A DNA stretch of 64,000 nucleotides, from contig JBAXRQ010000001.1 of the NCBI GenBank assembly GCA_037131105.1, positions 458,263 to 522,262 on the forward strand, written 5' to 3'. Positions 21,179 to 33,409 of the stretch are shown one piece after another. The position numbers and the translations under genes were made by a program. Source of the DNA: a bacterium. Lineage in GTDB: Bacteria; Patescibacteriota; UBA1384; CAILIB01. How positions within the stretch are numbered: position 1 is the stretch's first letter; the number at the start of each line of letters is the position of its first letter. A model generated the notes under the pieces. The model was not told the DNA's origin. It searched no databases and saw only the letters and a list, made by a program, of their open reading frames with translations.

Positions 21179-24100
21179 ATGCCAGCCATGAATCTATTAG
21201 ATACTACCGAACAGACAAACGACTTCCAGGCTGTACAGCTGCGGGTCGCCAGTCCTGAGGTTATCCTCAGCTGGTCCCATGGTGAGGTGCTGAAGCCGGA
21301 GACCATCAACTACCGTACTCAGAAGCCTGAGCGCGACGGACTATTTTGCGAGAAGATCTTCGGTCCCAGCAAGGACTACGAGTGCTACTGCGGAAAGTAC
21401 AAGAAGATCCGCTACAAGGGGATTATCTGCGACAAGTGTGGTGTCGAAGTCACCAAGTCTAGTGTCCGCCGCGTCCGCATGGGTCACATCGACCTGGCGG
21501 TTCCGGTTGCCCACATCTGGTATGTCCAGGGTGTGCCTTCCATCCTTGGAATGCTGCTCGACATGTCGGTGTCAGACCTTGAGAAGATCGTCTACTTTGC
21601 CGCTTATGTGGTGCTGGAAGTGGATGAGAGCATCCGTTCCACCGCTCTTGAGCAGCTCGAGGGTGAATACCAGGACGGTCGCAAGCAGCTCCTAGGTGGC
21701 AAGACCGCTACTGAGGTGTCTGGCGACGATCTGCTCCGCCTGCAGCAGCTTGAGGGCAATTACAAGGAGGCCAAGACTGAGCTGGAGCGTATTTCCGCCT
21801 GCCAGGTTATCTCTGAACTTACCTATCATGAGCTTTCTATTCGCTACGGCTCCCTGATTAAGGTGAGCATCGGTGCTGAGGCCATCAAGGACCTACTAAA
21901 GAACGTCAAGATCGAAGAGGGTATCGAGCGTTTGAATGCTGAATCTCACACTGCAAGCGTCCTGAACCGCCGCAAGGTGATCCGTCGCCTGAAGCTGTTT
22001 ACTGACCTGCAGAAGGCCAAGACGGACCCTGAGTCCCTGGTATTTACCCGTCTTCCCGTGATCCCACCGGACCTGCGACCTATGGTGCAGCTTGATGGTG
22101 GTCGCTTTGCCGCCTCAGACCTGAACGACCTGTACCGTCGCGTCCTGAACCGGAACAACCGTCTGAAGAAGCTTCTGAACAGCGGCGCACCTGAGGTGAT
22201 CACCCGCAACGAGAAGCGAATGCTTCAGGAAGCGGTTGACGCCCTTATCGACAACAACGCCCGCCGTGGCAAGGCTGCCGCACCTGCAGGCGCTAAGCGC
22301 AAGCTGAAGAGTCTTTCCGACATGCTGCGTGGTAAGCAGGGCCGTTTCCGTCAGAACCTACTCGGTAAGCGCGTCGACTATTCCGGTCGTTCAGTTATCG
22401 TAGTAGGTCCTAATCTTAAACTTGACCAGTGTGGTCTGCCTAAGATGATGGCCCTTGAGCTGTTCAAGCCGTTCGTGATCGGCAAGCTGATCAGCGGTGG
22501 CTACGTGCACAACGTAAAGAATGCCAGCCGACTGATTGAACAGGGAGAGACCTTTGTCTGGGACATCCTGGAAGAGATCACTCGTGACCACTACGTGCTC
22601 CTAAACCGTGCTCCTACCCTGCACCGCCTTGGTATCCAGGCCTTCAAGCCGGTACTGATCGAGGGTAAGTCCATCCAGATCCATCCTCTCGTCTGTACTG
22701 CCTACAACGCTGACTTCGACGGTGACCAGATGGCTGTGCATGTGCCTCTTTCCAAGCAGGCACAGGCTGAGGCTGCCAACATTATGAGTGCTTCAAAGAA
22801 CCTGCTGAAGCCGGCTTCCGGTGAAGTAGTGGTATCGCCTACCAAGGACATGATCCTGGGCTGCTACTATATGACGGTCGTATTGGACGGTCTAAAGGGC
22901 GAGGGCAAGGTATTCTCTGGCCCGAACGAGACCATTATGGCCTACGAGGACGGCGTGCTGAACCTACGTTCTAAGGTCAAGGTCCAGATAGAGGGTGAAA
23001 TCCTGGAGACTTCGGTCGGACAGGTGCTCTTCAACCAGATTGTTCCAGAGGAGCTCGGTTACCAGACCGCTACCCAGGACAAGAAGACCATGGCCAAGCT
23101 TATCGCCCGCAGCTTCCGTGAACTCGGTACCGAGCGTACCGCCCAGTTCGTGGATGATCTGAAGAATATTGGCTTCAAGTACGCTGAGTTCTCAGGTGTA
23201 ACCTTCTCTCTTTCAGACATCGTAGTTCCTAAGGAGAAGGAAGCCGTCATCAAGAAGGCTGAGGTTGAGCTTGAAGAGGTGGACAAGCAGTATCGCCGCG
23301 GTCTTATTACCCGCGACGAGCGCTACATCAAGACGGTTGAGACCTGGTTGGCAGCAAGTCGTGGCCTAGAGAAGGATGTGATGGCTGGCTTCACTGACAC
23401 CAACCCGATCATGACCATCTTCAAGTCGGGTGCCCGCGGCGCCGTCACCAACATCAACCAGATCGCTGGTATGAAGGGACTGGTAGCCAACCCGTCCGGT
23501 GAGATTATCGAAATTCCGATCAAGAACAACTTCAAAGAAGGACTGTCAGTGTTCGAATACTTCGTTTCTACCCACGGCTCACGAAAGGGACGTGCCGACA
23601 CCGCTCTGCGTACTTCTGACGCCGGCTACCTGACTCGTCGTTTGGTAGACGTTGCCCAGGACGTGGTTATTGCCCTGGAAGACTGCGGTAGTAAGGATGG
23701 TATCTTCATTCACAAGACCGACCAGTTGGAGATTGGTGAGCGCTATGAAGACGCCTTGGTAGGCCGCTTCACCTGGGGTGCCCAGGCCGGCGTACCGAGC
23801 GACACCTTGCTGACTGAGGAATTGGCCCAGAAGATCGTGGCTGCCGGACTTGAGAAGGTAGGGGTCCGTACTCCGCTTCACTGCCACGCAAGTTGGGGTA
23901 TCTGCCAGCACTGCTACGGTTACAACCTGGCTACCGGCCTATTGGTTGAGAAGGGTGAGGCCGTAGGTATCATTGCTGCCCAGGCTATCGGTGAGCCTGG
24001 AACCCAGCTGACCATGAAGACCTTCCACATGGGTGGTGTGGCTCAGCACGGTGGAGACATCACCAGCGGTCTGCCTCGAGTAGAAGAGTTGTTTGAAGCT

Positions 24101-24931
24101 CGTTCACCGAAGAGTCCTGCCATAATGGCGGAGCAGGCCGGTATCGTGCATATCAGCGAATCCGGTGAAGAGGTGACCATTACTATTCGTTCTGAGCAGC
24201 CGCAGAAGCGGGTACTGACCATCCCAGAGGGATACGTCATCGCTATTCAAAACGGAGACAAGGTCCAGGAGAAGGATATTATCGCCAGTTCGCCGGAAGG
24301 CCACACGGTTCGCACCACTATCAGTGGTAAGGCTCAGGTGAAGGCAGGTGCGGTGACTATTACCGCCGCTGACAACAACGAAATCAGCTACACGGTTCCT
24401 TCCATCACGCCTATCCAGGTCAAGCACGGCCAGGCAGTCGAGATGGGTCTGCCGCTTACCGAGGGTCACCTCGATCTGCAGCAGCTCTTGCAGCTGACTG
24501 GACGCCAGGGTGTCGAGCGCTATATTATCGCCGAGGTCCAGAAGATCTATTCTTCCCAGGGACAGACGATTAACTACAAGCACATCGAGATCATCGTACG
24601 TCAGATGCTTTCCAAGCTGCAGGTTTCTGACGCAGCTGGTAGCGAGTACATCACCGGTCAGACCATTGACCAGCAGGATTTCTTTGCCGCAAAGCAGGAG
24701 GGGCATATCGTTCAGGCAGATCAGCTGCTACTCGGTATCACCCGCGTATCGCTGAAGACCAAGAGCTTCCTTTCAGCCGCCTCCTTCCAGGAGACAACCT
24801 CGGTTCTTATCGATGCAGCCGTCCAGGCCAAGCGCGACGAGCTCCGTGGCTTGAAAGAAAACGTTATTATTGGTAAGCTGATCCCAGCTGGAACCGGATT
24901 CAACTCTGAAGAAGAACTTTCATTGAATTAG
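21179..24931 (+). CDS. rpoC: DNA-directed RNA polymerase subunit beta-prime.
   Basis: NADFDGDQM catalytic motif and the Zn-binding CxxC...CxxC region near the N-terminus. The ORF track begins at an upstream GTG at 21149 that overlaps rpoB; the ATG at 21179 or 21188 (MPAMNLLD) is more likely the start. Confidence 0.95.
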   Translation: MPAMNLLDTTEQTNDFQAVQLRVASPEVILSWSHGEVLKPETINYRTQKPERDGLFCEKIFGPSKDYECYCGKYKKIRYKGIICDKCGVEVTKSSVRRVRMGHIDLAVPVAHIWYVQGVPSILGMLLDMSVSDLEKIVYFAAYVVLEVDESIRSTALEQLEGEYQDGRKQLLGGKTATEVSGDDLLRLQQLEGNYKEAKTELERISACQVISELTYHELSIRYGSLIKVSIGAEAIKDLLKNVKIEEGIERLNAESHTASVLNRRKVIRRLKLFTDLQKAKTDPESLVFTRLPVIPPDLRPMVQLDGGRFAASDLNDLYRRVLNRNNRLKKLLNSGAPEVITRNEKRMLQEAVDALIDNNARRGKAAAPAGAKRKLKSLSDMLRGKQGRFRQNLLGKRVDYSGRSVIVVGPNLKLDQCGLPKMMALELFKPFVIGKLISGGYVHNVKNASRLIEQGETFVWDILEEITRDHYVLLNRAPTLHRLGIQAFKPVLIEGKSIQIHPLVCTAYNADFDGDQMAVHVPLSKQAQAEAANIMSASKNLLKPASGEVVVSPTKDMILGCYYMTVVLDGLKGEGKVFSGPNETIMAYEDGVLNLRSKVKVQIEGEILETSVGQVLFNQIVPEELGYQTATQDKKTMAKLIARSFRELGTERTAQFVDDLKNIGFKYAEFSGVTFSLSDIVVPKEKEAVIKKAEVELEEVDKQYRRGLITRDERYIKTVETWLAASRGLEKDVMAGFTDTNPIMTIFKSGARGAVTNINQIAGMKGLVANPSGEIIEIPIKNNFKEGLSVFEYFVSTHGSRKGRADTALRTSDAGYLTRRLVDVAQDVVIALEDCGSKDGIFIHKTDQLEIGERYEDALVGRFTWGAQAGVPSDTLLTEELAQKIVAAGLEKVGVRTPLHCHASWGICQHCYGYNLATGLLVEKGEAVGIIAAQAIGEPGTQLTMKTFHMGGVAQHGGDITSGLPRVEELFEARSPKSPAIMAEQAGIVHISESGEEVTITIRSEQPQKRVLTIPEGYVIAIQNGDKVQEKDIIASSPEGHTVRTTISGKAQVKAGAVTITAADNNEISYTVPSITPIQVKHGQAVEMGLPLTEGHLDLQQLLQLTGRQGVERYIIAEVQKIYSSQGQTINYKHIEIIVRQMLSKLQVSDAAGSEYITGQTIDQQDFFAAKQEGHIVQADQLLLGITRVSLKTKSFLSAASFQETTSVLIDAAVQAKRDELRGLKENVIIGKLIPAGTGFNSEEELSLN

Positions 24932-24943
24932 CCTATAAAGACA

Positions 24944-24978
24944 GGTGCCTCTCCCGCCAGGTAGGTGGGGGAGGCACC
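24944..24978 (+). promoter_or_regulatory. Stem-loop between rpoC and rpsL whose 3' arm contains the rpsL Shine-Dalgarno (GGGGGAGG).
   Basis: GGTGCCTCTCCC at 24944-24955 pairs with GGGGGAGGCACC at 24967-24978 with one mismatch or bulge and an 11-nt loop. The in-frame ATG of S12 (MPTINQL) lies at 24986. Confidence 0.5.
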
Positions 24979-24985
24979 GAATGCT

Positions 24986-25393
24986 ATGCCTACGATAAAC
25001 CAACTAGTCCGCAAGGCCCGGGTCACCCCTAAGAAGAAGGTGAACGCTCCCGTGCTGAAGTCCACTTACAACACCTTTAGCCGAAGGCATGTTCCTTTGA
25101 ACTGCCCACAGAAGCGCGGTGTCTGCATCAAGGTGACCACTACCACCCCGAAGAAGCCTAACTCCGCCCAGCGTAAGATTGCCCGTGTGCGTCTTACTAA
25201 TGGTATGGAAGTCACCGCCTACATTCCAGGTGAGGGCCACAACCTGCAGGAGCACTCCGTTGTCCTCGTACGAGGCGGCCGCGTACCCGACCTGCCAGGT
25301 GTCCGTTATCACATCATCCGCGGTAAGCTTGACGCCCAGGGCGTAAAGGACCGCAAGAAGAGCCGTTCCCTCTACGGAACCAAAAAGGCATAG
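24986..25393 (+). CDS. rpsL: 30S ribosomal protein S12.
   Basis: [10 protein letters not shown]...PKKPNSA(Q)RK signature. Start chosen at the internal ATG that follows the SD; the track ORF begins 21 nt upstream at 24965. Confidence 0.95.
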   Translation: MPTINQLVRKARVTPKKKVNAPVLKSTYNTFSRRHVPLNCPQKRGVCIKVTTTTPKKPNSAQRKIARVRLTNGMEVTAYIPGEGHNLQEHSVVLVRGGRVPDLPGVRYHIIRGKLDAQGVKDRKKSRSLYGTKKA

Positions 25394-25474
25394 TTAGCAT
25401 TTACCAACCAATTACACGAAAGGACCTGGACCGCAGTACCTCTCTCAGGGAACGCACGGCCAGGAACCACTATT

Positions 25475-25948
25475 ATGAGAGGAATTGCCCGACCACAGCG
25501 TCGCCCTGTTGAGCCAGATAAGAAGTACGGATCACTGACCGTCACCAAGTTGGTGAACTACGTGATGCTTGATGGAAAGAAGTCCATCGCCGAGAAGATC
25601 GTCTACGGTGCCTTAGAAGCAGCGGCTGAGAAGCTCTCGGCTGATCCTTTGGACGTGCTTGAGCAGGCCCTGCGCAACGTATCACCTGTTATTGAAGTCC
25701 GTGGCCGTCGTATCGGCGGTGCTAACCTGCAGGTACCTATCGAGGTCGCTAAGCCACGTCGTCTGATGCTGGCTCTGCGTTGGATCCTTACCGCCGCTCG
25801 CGGCGCCAAGGGCAAGCCAATGGCCCAGCGTTTGGCGCAGGAACTGGTTGACGCCTACAACAACGAAGGCGCCGCTATTCGCAAGAAGGACGAGACCCAC
25901 CGTATGGCCGAGGCCAACCGTGCCTTCGCCCATTTCGCCCGCTACTAG
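25475..25948 (+). CDS. rpsG: 30S ribosomal protein S7.
   Basis: 157 aa S7 signature. Confidence 0.95.
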   Translation: MRGIARPQRRPVEPDKKYGSLTVTKLVNYVMLDGKKSIAEKIVYGALEAAAEKLSADPLDVLEQALRNVSPVIEVRGRRIGGANLQVPIEVAKPRRLMLALRWILTAARGAKGKPMAQRLAQELVDAYNNEGAAIRKKDETHRMAEANRAFAHFARY

Positions 25949-26065
25949 ATCTTATCAGAATAATTTTTTGCCTTGCTTTTCGACGCTGAGAGGACGGTGC
26001 GGCTGCAGCGCAGCCTGTAAATCTTCCCACGTTCCGCAGCAAGGAGAAAATGTAAGGAAAAAATT

Positions 26066-28165
26066 ATGCCTCGAGAATACCCCTTAGAAAAAGTACGCAA
26101 CATCGGCATCATTGCCCACATCGACGCCGGTAAGACCACGACTACCGAGCGAGTCTTGTACTATACCGGAAAGGTGCACAAGATCGGCGAGGTGCACGAA
26201 GGTGAAGCCACCATGGACTGGATGGAGCAGGAGCAGGAACGTGGTATTACCATCACCGCTGCCGCCACCACCGCGTTCTGGGCCCCTTCATACCGTCCTA
26301 AGGACATGTATCGCCTGAACATCATTGATACACCAGGCCACGTAGACTTCACCGTCGAAGTGCAGCGCTCGCTGCGCGTTCTGGACGGAGGTGTAGTTGT
26401 TTTTGACGGTGTAGCAGGCGTAGAGCCCCAGTCAGAGACGGTTTGGCGTCAGGCTGATGAGTATAAGGTTCCCCGAATCTGTTTCATCAACAAGCTGGAC
26501 CGTATGGGTGCCGACTTCATGAAGGCCTACCAGTCCATCCTTGACCGCCTGACCCCTAACGCAATCCCAGTTCAGCTGCCTATCGGTACTGAGTCTGATT
26601 TCAAGGGTATCATCGACCTTCTGACCGGCATCACCTACATCTACAAGGATGACATGGGTAAGGAAGTAGACGAGATCGAGGTACCCGCCGAGTACAAGGA
26701 ACAGTATGAGGATTCGCGTACCAAGCTTATCGAGAAGATCGCTGAGCAGGATGACGCCCTGATGGAGAAGTTCTTCGCCGGCGAGGAGCTTACCTTAGAA
26801 GAGCTGCGCTTCGGTATCCGCAAGGGCGCTTTGACCGGCTCCCTGGTTCCTGTACTTTGCGGATCTGCTCTGAAGAACAAGGGGGTGCAGTTCATGCTTG
26901 ATGCCGTCATCGAATACCTTCCTTCACCTATCGACATCCCACCGGTAACCGGCACTGATCCAAAGACCGAGGAGCCTATTATTCGTGAGACCAACGACGA
27001 GGCGCCTTTCTCAGCCTTGGCTTTCAAGATCGCTTCGGATCCGTTCGTGGGTAAGCTTTGTTTCTTCCGGGTCTACTCTGGAAACCTGAAATCCGGCTCG
27101 TACGTATATAACTCGAGCAAGGGCCAGCAGGAGCGTATCGGACGTATCGTTCGTCTGCACGCCAACCACCGCGAAGACGTAGATCAGGTGTTTGCCGGTG
27201 AGATCGCTGCTGCTATCGGTTTGAAGAGCACTACTACCGGTGACACTCTCTGTGACCAGGCCAAGCCGATCAAGCTGGAGACCATCAACTTTGCTGACCC
27301 TGTGATCCAGCAGTCTATCGAGCCTAAGACCAAGGCCGACCAGGAGAAGATGGGCGTCGCTCTTTCCCGCCTGGCTGAAGAAGATCCTACCTTCCGTATG
27401 AGCACCAACCAGGAGACCGGCCAGACTCTGATCGCCGGTATGGGTGAGCTTCACCTTGAGATCATCGTTGACCGTATGAAGCGGGAGTTCAAGGTTGAGG
27501 CAAACGTAGGCCAGCCTCAGGTTGCCTATAAGGAGGCAATCCGCAACGCCGTTAAGGACGTAGAGGGTAAGTTTGTACGCCAGACCGGTGGCCGCGGTCA
27601 GTTCGGTCACGTCGTTATCAATATGGAGCCAGGAGAGCGGGGGACCGGCTATGAGTTCGTCAACAGCGTTGTCGGCGGTATTATTCCCAAGGAATACATC
27701 AAGTCCATCGACGAAGGCATCAAGGAAGCCCTTGATCGCGGCGTACTGGCCGGCTATCCGGTACTAGATGTCAAAGTTACACTCTTTGATGGTAGTTATC
27801 ACGATGTTGACTCCTCAGAAATGGCCTTCAAGATTGCCGGCAGCATGGCCGCCCAGGAGGGTGTGAAGCGAGCCAACCCTGTCATCATGGAACCTATCAT
27901 GAAGGTTGAGATCGTCACTCCTGAAGAGTACTTTGGTGACGTCATGGGCGATATTAACGGTCGCCGCGGACAGATCCAGGGTACCTCAGAGCGCGGCATG
28001 GCCAAGGTCATCGACGCCGACGTTCCGCTTTCCAACATGTTCGGCTACGCAACCACCCTGCGCTCAACCAGCCAGGGCCGTGCCTCCTATACTATGGAGT
28101 TCTCCCACTATGCCGAAGTCCCAAGCAATATTCAGCAGCAGATCATTGAGGGAAAGATAAAATAG
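26066..28165 (+). CDS. fusA: Elongation factor G.
   Basis: 699 aa. [12 protein letters not shown] and DTPGHVDF G-domain motifs, plus domains II-V. Confidence 0.97.
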   Translation: MPREYPLEKVRNIGIIAHIDAGKTTTTERVLYYTGKVHKIGEVHEGEATMDWMEQEQERGITITAAATTAFWAPSYRPKDMYRLNIIDTPGHVDFTVEVQRSLRVLDGGVVVFDGVAGVEPQSETVWRQADEYKVPRICFINKLDRMGADFMKAYQSILDRLTPNAIPVQLPIGTESDFKGIIDLLTGITYIYKDDMGKEVDEIEVPAEYKEQYEDSRTKLIEKIAEQDDALMEKFFAGEELTLEELRFGIRKGALTGSLVPVLCGSALKNKGVQFMLDAVIEYLPSPIDIPPVTGTDPKTEEPIIRETNDEAPFSALAFKIASDPFVGKLCFFRVYSGNLKSGSYVYNSSKGQQERIGRIVRLHANHREDVDQVFAGEIAAAIGLKSTTTGDTLCDQAKPIKLETINFADPVIQQSIEPKTKADQEKMGVALSRLAEEDPTFRMSTNQETGQTLIAGMGELHLEIIVDRMKREFKVEANVGQPQVAYKEAIRNAVKDVEGKFVRQTGGRGQFGHVVINMEPGERGTGYEFVNSVVGGIIPKEYIKSIDEGIKEALDRGVLAGYPVLDVKVTLFDGSYHDVDSSEMAFKIAGSMAAQEGVKRANPVIMEPIMKVEIVTPEEYFGDVMGDINGRRGQIQGTSERGMAKVIDADVPLSNMFGYATTLRSTSQGRASYTMEFSHYAEVPSNIQQQIIEGKIK

Positions 28166-28186
28166 GCTTTCTGAGCTAAAAAAGAG

Positions 28187-28216
28187 CAGGCTCCTCTCGG
28201 GGAGTCTGTTTTTTAA
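28187..28216 (+). terminator. Rho-independent terminator after fusA.
   Basis: CAGGCTCC at 28187-28194 pairs with GGAGTCTG at 28201-28208 (8 bp, includes two G-U pairs), followed by TTTTTTAAT. Confidence 0.6.
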
Positions 28217-28275
28217 TAAGAAGTTAACATTAGTTGGTTATACTGTGAGGCGAACCGTATCCGCTAAGACATCTT

Positions 28276-28968
28276 ATGGAGGTAGTACCCTATACTATTC
28301 GAGAACACTCGGGATATATCATTCATGACACTCCTCCAGAGCGGGGACTGCCGATTCGTAGACTTCAGAGTGAAGGTGGAGAGGTGCTCTCTACCAATGA
28401 GCTACTGCAGATAGCCCTGGGCAACGTCGATGGGATGGAGGAGGGGGTGAGGGAGTACGGCTCCCAGTTCCTTACTACTCTCCATAGTGTGAATGATATA
28501 GTTGAGTCACTCCATACTGACCATCTCCAGGCAACACGTTTATTAGCGATTCTGGCCCTTGGGAAGAGGTTGTACGCTGCTGAGCAAGGTTCGATGGCAC
28601 ATATCAGAGGTATCGAAGATATTTACCACCATTATCGGTCAATGTCTCAGTTGGCTAAGGAGCAGCTGCGGGTAGCCCTGATAAATAGTCGCTACCAGCT
28701 TGTCCATGAGGATACCCTGGCCATAGGTAGTGTCGAATATATGCACATAAGCCCTAGGGACGTGTTCCAGGCGGCTGTTGAGAGGAGGGTTACGGCTATT
28801 GTCTTGGTCCATAATCACCCTAGTGGGGACGCCACCCCTAGTCAGAGCGACAAGGAGTTTACCCAGGAGATTATGGCTGCTGGCAAGCTGCTCGGAATAG
28901 CGCTGCTTGACCATGTAATCATTGGAAGAGAGGGGTACGGCAGCTGTTTGGGGTCCGAAGAACACTAG
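28276..28968 (+). CDS. radC: RadC-family JAB/MPN-domain protein (UPF0758).
   Basis: 230 aa. Contains the JAMM-like motif HNHPSGDATPSQSD...LLDHVII. The N-terminal region is HhH-like. Confidence 0.8.
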   Translation: MEVVPYTIREHSGYIIHDTPPERGLPIRRLQSEGGEVLSTNELLQIALGNVDGMEEGVREYGSQFLTTLHSVNDIVESLHTDHLQATRLLAILALGKRLYAAEQGSMAHIRGIEDIYHHYRSMSQLAKEQLRVALINSRYQLVHEDTLAIGSVEYMHISPRDVFQAAVERRVTAIVLVHNHPSGDATPSQSDKEFTQEIMAAGKLLGIALLDHVIIGREGYGSCLGSEEH

Positions 28969-28993
28969 CTATAGGCCCTAATCTGTACAACAG

Positions 28994-29022
28994 TTGACAA
29001 GGGTAGTCTCTTTCAGTATAGT
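28994..29022 (+). promoter_or_regulatory. Near-consensus sigma70-type promoter upstream of tuf. TTGACA at 28994-28999, a 17-nt spacer, TATAGT at 29017-29022.
   Basis: Hexamers and spacing read directly. RBS AAAGGAG at 29115-29121 lies before the tuf ATG. Confidence 0.6.
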
Positions 29023-29128
29023 CAGGCATGTACGGTAAATTCTTTTTCTAGCCTTCCGGCAGAAAGGGTTTGCATGTTTTTTTGGTAGCATATCTAAAAG
29101 ATCAAGTTTAACCTGAAAGGAGCTCAGT

Positions 29129-30307
<1,179 letters not shown>

Positions 30308-30322
30308 GTCTTGGTACACGTA

Positions 30323-30352
30323 GCTCCGCCCGTCGGGCGGAGTTCGTGTGTT
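30323..30352 (+). terminator. Hairpin plus U-rich tract between tuf and rpsJ, a terminator or attenuator.
   Basis: CTCCGCCCGtcGGGCGGAG followed by TTCGTGTGTT. Confidence 0.5.
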
Positions 30353-30375
30353 AAGAAGAAGGCATAACAAGCATC

Positions 30376-30693
30376 ATGGCAGAAGCTCCCAAGCAGAGAA
30401 TTCGGATTCGCCTTAAGGCCTATGACTATCGAATCATCGATAAGTCAGCTGCTCATATTATTGAGACGGCAGAGCGTACCGGTGCAAAGGTCGTGGGTCC
30501 CATTCCACTTCCTACCGATCGTAAGGTTACTACCTTGCTCCGTAGTCCCCATGTCGACAAGGATTCCCGAGAGCAGTTTGAGATGCGCATTCACAAGCGT
30601 CTTATCGACGTAGTGGAGCCTACTTCTTCGACCATCGACTCCCTTATGAGCCTGGACCTTCCAGCTGGAGTCGACATTGAGATCAAAATGTAA
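30376..30693 (+). CDS. rpsJ: 30S ribosomal protein S10.
   Basis: 105 aa. IRIRLKAYD...SPHVDK signature. Confidence 0.95.
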   Translation: MAEAPKQRIRIRLKAYDYRIIDKSAAHIIETAERTGAKVVGPIPLPTDRKVTTLLRSPHVDKDSREQFEMRIHKRLIDVVEPTSSTIDSLMSLDLPAGVDIEIKM

Positions 30694-30745
30694 CATTCCC
30701 TAATCCGGTAGAACCTCTGGCCTAGCCCATGTTCGGAAGTATCGT

Positions 30746-31348
30746 ATGACAGCACTACTCGGTATCAAAATCGGCATGACCCAGGTCTTTGACCAGAATG
30801 GTCGTGCAATCCCCGTCACTGCCATTCAGGCTGGTCCTTGTCATGTTACCCAGGTGAAGACCGTTGAAAAGGACGGCTATCAGGCTGTTCAGATCGGCTA
30901 TTCATCTACTCGCAAGGCAAACAAGCCTGAGACTGGTCACACCAAGTCTCTCGACCACACCCCTCGGTACCTCCGCGAGTTTCGCACTGAGGAAGGTGAG
31001 TTTGAAGTCGGACAGACCCTTGACTGCAGCCTGCTTGAGCCAGGAATGCTCCTGCGTCTTACGGGTACTTCAAAGGGTAAGGGATTTGCCGGCGTAATCA
31101 AGCGTCACCACTTCAGCCGCGGTCCTGAGACCCACGGTTCCGATCATCACCGCGCTCCTGGTTCCATCGGTTCAATGTTCCCTCAGCACGTGCTGAAGGG
31201 CCAGAAGATGCCGGGACGCATGGGTAATGACCAGGTTACTGTGCGTAAAGTGAAGCTGGTGGATATTGATCCGACCCAGAACCTTATATTTGTGAAGGGA
31301 CCAGTACCTGGTGTACCGGGAGCCCTGGTCGAGATATCCTCAATGTAA
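30746..31348 (+). CDS. rplC: 50S ribosomal protein L3.
   Basis: 200 aa L3 signature (GKGFAGVIKRH). Confidence 0.95.
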   Translation: MTALLGIKIGMTQVFDQNGRAIPVTAIQAGPCHVTQVKTVEKDGYQAVQIGYSSTRKANKPETGHTKSLDHTPRYLREFRTEEGEFEVGQTLDCSLLEPGMLLRLTGTSKGKGFAGVIKRHHFSRGPETHGSDHHRAPGSIGSMFPQHVLKGQKMPGRMGNDQVTVRKVKLVDIDPTQNLIFVKGPVPGVPGALVEISSM

Positions 31349-31351
31349 CCC

Positions 31352-31990
31352 ATGGCCACATTCAACCTCTACAATATTGCTGGTGAGAAGATCGGAACCG
31401 TCGAGCAGCCGGCGCTGTTTGAGACCCCGGTTGACCAGAAACTGATTCACCGTTACCTGACCTGGGTACGTACCATGCTTCGGCATACCTTGTCGGATAC
31501 CAAGACCCGCGGCGAAGTTCGCGGCGGCGGCAAGAAGCCGTGGCGTCAGAAGGGTACTGGCCGTGCCCGTGTCGGATCCAGCCGTTCGCCAATCTGGCGT
31601 AAGGGTGGTACGGTCTTCGGACCTCTGAAGGCCCGAAACTGGGCTACCAGGCTTCCTCGTACTGAGCGCCGCAAGGCATTGTTCTCGGCTCTGGCCGCAA
31701 AAGCCAAGGCTGACAACATCATCGTGCTGGATGCTTGGATCATGGAAGCTCCAAAGACCCAGGAAGCTGCCGCTGTTCTTGCTAAGCTTCCTATCGAGGC
31801 TGGTAAGAAGATCCTCCACATCAGTCCCGAAGTTAACGCCAACCTATTCCGCTCTACCCGCAACCTTCCTGGTGTCACCTCGAAGACCGTAGCGGCTGCT
31901 AACATCATTGATATCCTCAACCACGACGTGATTGTCCTTACCAAGGATGGTCTGGAGCGTCTTGAGACTCACTTCAGTCCTACACTATGA
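31352..31990 (+). CDS. rplD: 50S ribosomal protein L4.
   Basis: 212 aa. KPWRQKGTGRAR motif. Confidence 0.95.
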   Translation: MATFNLYNIAGEKIGTVEQPALFETPVDQKLIHRYLTWVRTMLRHTLSDTKTRGEVRGGGKKPWRQKGTGRARVGSSRSPIWRKGGTVFGPLKARNWATRLPRTERRKALFSALAAKAKADNIIVLDAWIMEAPKTQEAAAVLAKLPIEAGKKILHISPEVNANLFRSTRNLPGVTSKTVAAANIIDILNHDVIVLTKDGLERLETHFSPTL

Positions 31991-32304
31991 AAGCCCCGAT
32001 CACCCCTCATATCACCGAAAAGAGCTTCCGTATCGCCGATGGCTCTGGTAAGAACGCCTCCGCTTATACCTTCAAGGTAGCTCTCTCCCTTACCAAGGGT
32101 CAGGTTAAAAAGATCGTCGAGCGCGAGTATAAGGTTACTGTCATCGATATCAATATTGTCCGTATTCCCGGGAAGGCACGTCGCTTCAAGGGTATCATGG
32201 GCCGTACCTCAGCTATCAAAAAGGCCTTGGTCACCTTGAAAAAGGGCGACCGTATCCCAGGATTTGAGGCTGAGGACACCAAGTCCGTATCAGATAAGGA
32301 GTAA
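31987..32304 (+). CDS. rplW: 50S ribosomal protein L23.
   Basis: 105 aa L23-like, in operon position. Confidence 0.9.
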   Translation: MKAPITPHITEKSFRIADGSGKNASAYTFKVALSLTKGQVKKIVEREYKVTVIDINIVRIPGKARRFKGIMGRTSAIKKALVTLKKGDRIPGFEAEDTKSVSDKE

Positions 32305-32306
32305 GT

Positions 32307-33140
32307 ATGGCCCTCCAACACTATAAGCCAACCAGCGACGGCCGACGGGGAATGACCTCCCAGGACTTTGCTATGGTCACTGAAAGTAAGCCAGAGAAGT
32401 CCCTCCTGCGTCCACTGAAGAACAAGGCCGGCCGCAACAGCGGAGGACGCATTACTGTCCGCCATCAGGGAGGCGGAGCCGCCCGTTCCTATCGTTTGAT
32501 TGACTTCAAGCGTGAGAAGGAAGGTGTACTTGCTACCGTTACCTCGATCCAGTACGATCCCAACCGATCCTCTCGTATCGCCCTACTAACCTATGCCGAC
32601 GGCGAGAAGCGCTATATCCTTTCTCCCTTGGAGCTAAAGGTTGGCGATACTATCCAGAATGGTTCTGATGCGCCTATCCGTCCAGGAAACTCTCTGAAAC
32701 TCGCCGACATTCCTCTGGGTCTTACTATTCACAACATCGAGCTTACCCCAGGCCGGGGCGGCCAGCTAGGACGTTCGGCCGGAATTGCGGTCACCCTCTT
32801 GGCTAAAGAAGGAAAATATGCTACCCTAAAGCTTGCAAGCGGAGAGACCCGCAAGGTACTCGTCGAATGCAGGGCTACCGTCGGTCAGCTCGGCAACGTG
32901 CTCCACTCCACAGTGGTCATAGGTAAGGCCGGCCGTCAGCGCCACCTAGGCATTCGTCCTACGGTCCGTGGTAAAGCTATGAACCCGAATGCCCACCCAC
33001 ACGGTGGTGGTGAGGGTAATAACTCCATCGGACTGAAGAAGGGTCCTAAGACCCAGTGGGGAGCTGCTGCTTTGGGCGTAAAGACCCGACGCAAGAAGAA
33101 CCCTACTAAGGTATTTATCGTCAGCAAACGCAAGAAATAA
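32307..33140 (+). CDS. rplB: 50S ribosomal protein L2.
   Basis: 277 aa. GGGEGN and MNP(N)AHPHGGGEG motifs. Confidence 0.97.
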   Translation: MALQHYKPTSDGRRGMTSQDFAMVTESKPEKSLLRPLKNKAGRNSGGRITVRHQGGGAARSYRLIDFKREKEGVLATVTSIQYDPNRSSRIALLTYADGEKRYILSPLELKVGDTIQNGSDAPIRPGNSLKLADIPLGLTIHNIELTPGRGGQLGRSAGIAVTLLAKEGKYATLKLASGETRKVLVECRATVGQLGNVLHSTVVIGKAGRQRHLGIRPTVRGKAMNPNAHPHGGGEGNNSIGLKKGPKTQWGAAALGVKTRRKKNPTKVFIVSKRKK

Positions 33141-33142
33141 CC

Positions 33143-33409
33143 ATGTCACGATCCCTCAAAAAAGGTCCGTACATCGACGAGAGGCTCCTGAAGAAGGTGC
33201 AGGCTTTGAAGACCGGCGACAAAACCGTCATCAACACCTGGAACCGCGCCTGCTCTATCACTCCTGAGATGGTTGGCAAGACCATCGGGGTTCACAACGG
33301 CAAGGTCCACGTACCGGTATTTGTGGTAGAGGACATGGTCGGGCACAAGCTCGGTGAGTTCTCACTGACCCGCAAGTTCCTCAAGCATGGCGGCAAGAAG
33401 GTTAAATAA
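33143..33409 (+). CDS. rpsS: 30S ribosomal protein S19.
   Basis: 88 aa. SRSLKKGPY...GHKLGEF. Confidence 0.95.
   Translation: MSRSLKKGPYIDERLLKKVQALKTGDKTVINTWNRACSITPEMVGKTIGVHNGKVHVPVFVVEDMVGHKLGEFSLTRKFLKHGGKKVK

Noticed and set aside
24104-24706. 200-aa minus-strand ORF inside rpoC, and similar ORFs at 23579-23911.
   Set aside because: Shadow ORFs of rpoC.
27011-27610. 199-aa minus-strand ORF inside fusA. Also 29759-30370 (-) inside tuf, 34742-35254 (-) across rplP/rpsQ, 47698-48456 (-) inside pheT, and 58130-58705 (-) inside the PlsY fusion.
   Set aside because: All are antisense to strongly supported genes and have no independent signals.
28969-29128. Looked for the tRNA genes that precede tuf in many bacteria (Thr, Tyr, Gly).
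   Set aside because: No cloverleaf-compatible sequence seen. The region instead holds a promoter and RBS.
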